DNA of 63,635 nt, counting the filler, from Octopus bimaculoides (Eukaryota), in NCBI RefSeq assembly GCF_001194135.2. It is 3 parts of 3 records of this genome, joined end to end, with 100 filler letters (N's around TTAATTAATTAA, not from the genome) between each part and the next. Parts side by side here need not be neighbours in the genome. Positions count along the whole stretch, not along the records: positions 58,340 to 63,635 come from NC_068988.1; 2 more parts are not named here. One strand, given 5' to 3'. The notes under the pieces are model-generated. The model made no database searches. It saw nothing but the letters and a program-made list of their open reading frames with translations, and had not been told where the DNA came from. How positions within the stretch are numbered: the first letter of the stretch is position 1; each line of letters opens with the position of its first letter. This document shows, piece by piece, positions 63,402 to 63,635 of this stretch. Made by a program: the position numbers and the translations under genes.

Positions 63402-63485
63402 AAGAAAGAGAGAGAAAGAAAGAGAGAGAAAGAAAGAGAGAGAAAGAAAGAGAGAGAAAGAAAGAGAGAGAAAGAGTGAGTGTGT
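63328..63485. repeat. Compound (TG)n-(GA/GAAA)n microsatellite; similar (AT)n, (TG)n, (ATT)n, (ATAC)n and (GA)n tracts occur throughout
   Basis: Directly visible, e.g. 1-120, 18740-18822, 27345-27412, 30110-30172, 62060-62115. Confidence 0.95.
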
Positions 63486-63635
63486 GTGTCTATCTGTCTG
63501 TCTGTCTGTTTGTGTAGTTATATATTTATATGTATATCTTAATATATAAAGCTGAAGTTGTGTGTCTGTGTGAAGCCTTTTTAAAAGTGTATAGAAATCC
63601 ACATTTTCCACTTTTTCGTAAAAATTTTTACATCA

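Overview
AT-rich, microsatellite- and repeat-dense animal genomic DNA with many assembly gaps. The SINE families and the overall style point to an octopod cephalopod, probably Octopus; this is inference. One protein-coding gene is supported: a minus-strand six-transmembrane glycerophosphodiester phosphodiesterase of the GDPD5/GDE2 (GDPD2/4/5) type. Ten coding exons were reconstructed by hand between 53569 and 27628, with GT-AG sites and consistent phases. One catalytic-domain exon probably lies in the N-gap at 29426-30030, and the C-terminal exons were not found. The rest is decayed mobile DNA: an L1/Tx1-type LINE, RTE, CR1-superfamily, CRE-like and Penelope-like retroelements, a Gypsy fragment, three Helitron fragments (one with an OTU protease domain), mariner remnants, hAT and piggyBac MITEs, and several tRNA-derived SINE families. 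The most notable unexplained structures are: (1) an inverted pair of minimal type I hammerhead ribozymes in a GDPD intron, where the copy on the pre-mRNA strand is damaged specifically in stem I; (2) a family of variant-core hammerheads; (3) a perfect 287-bp-arm palindrome; (4) a telomere-repeat foldback; (5) a candidate alternative first coding exon that would remove the conserved Cys-rich N-terminus. Protein family matches are from recalled consensus sequences, not database searches.
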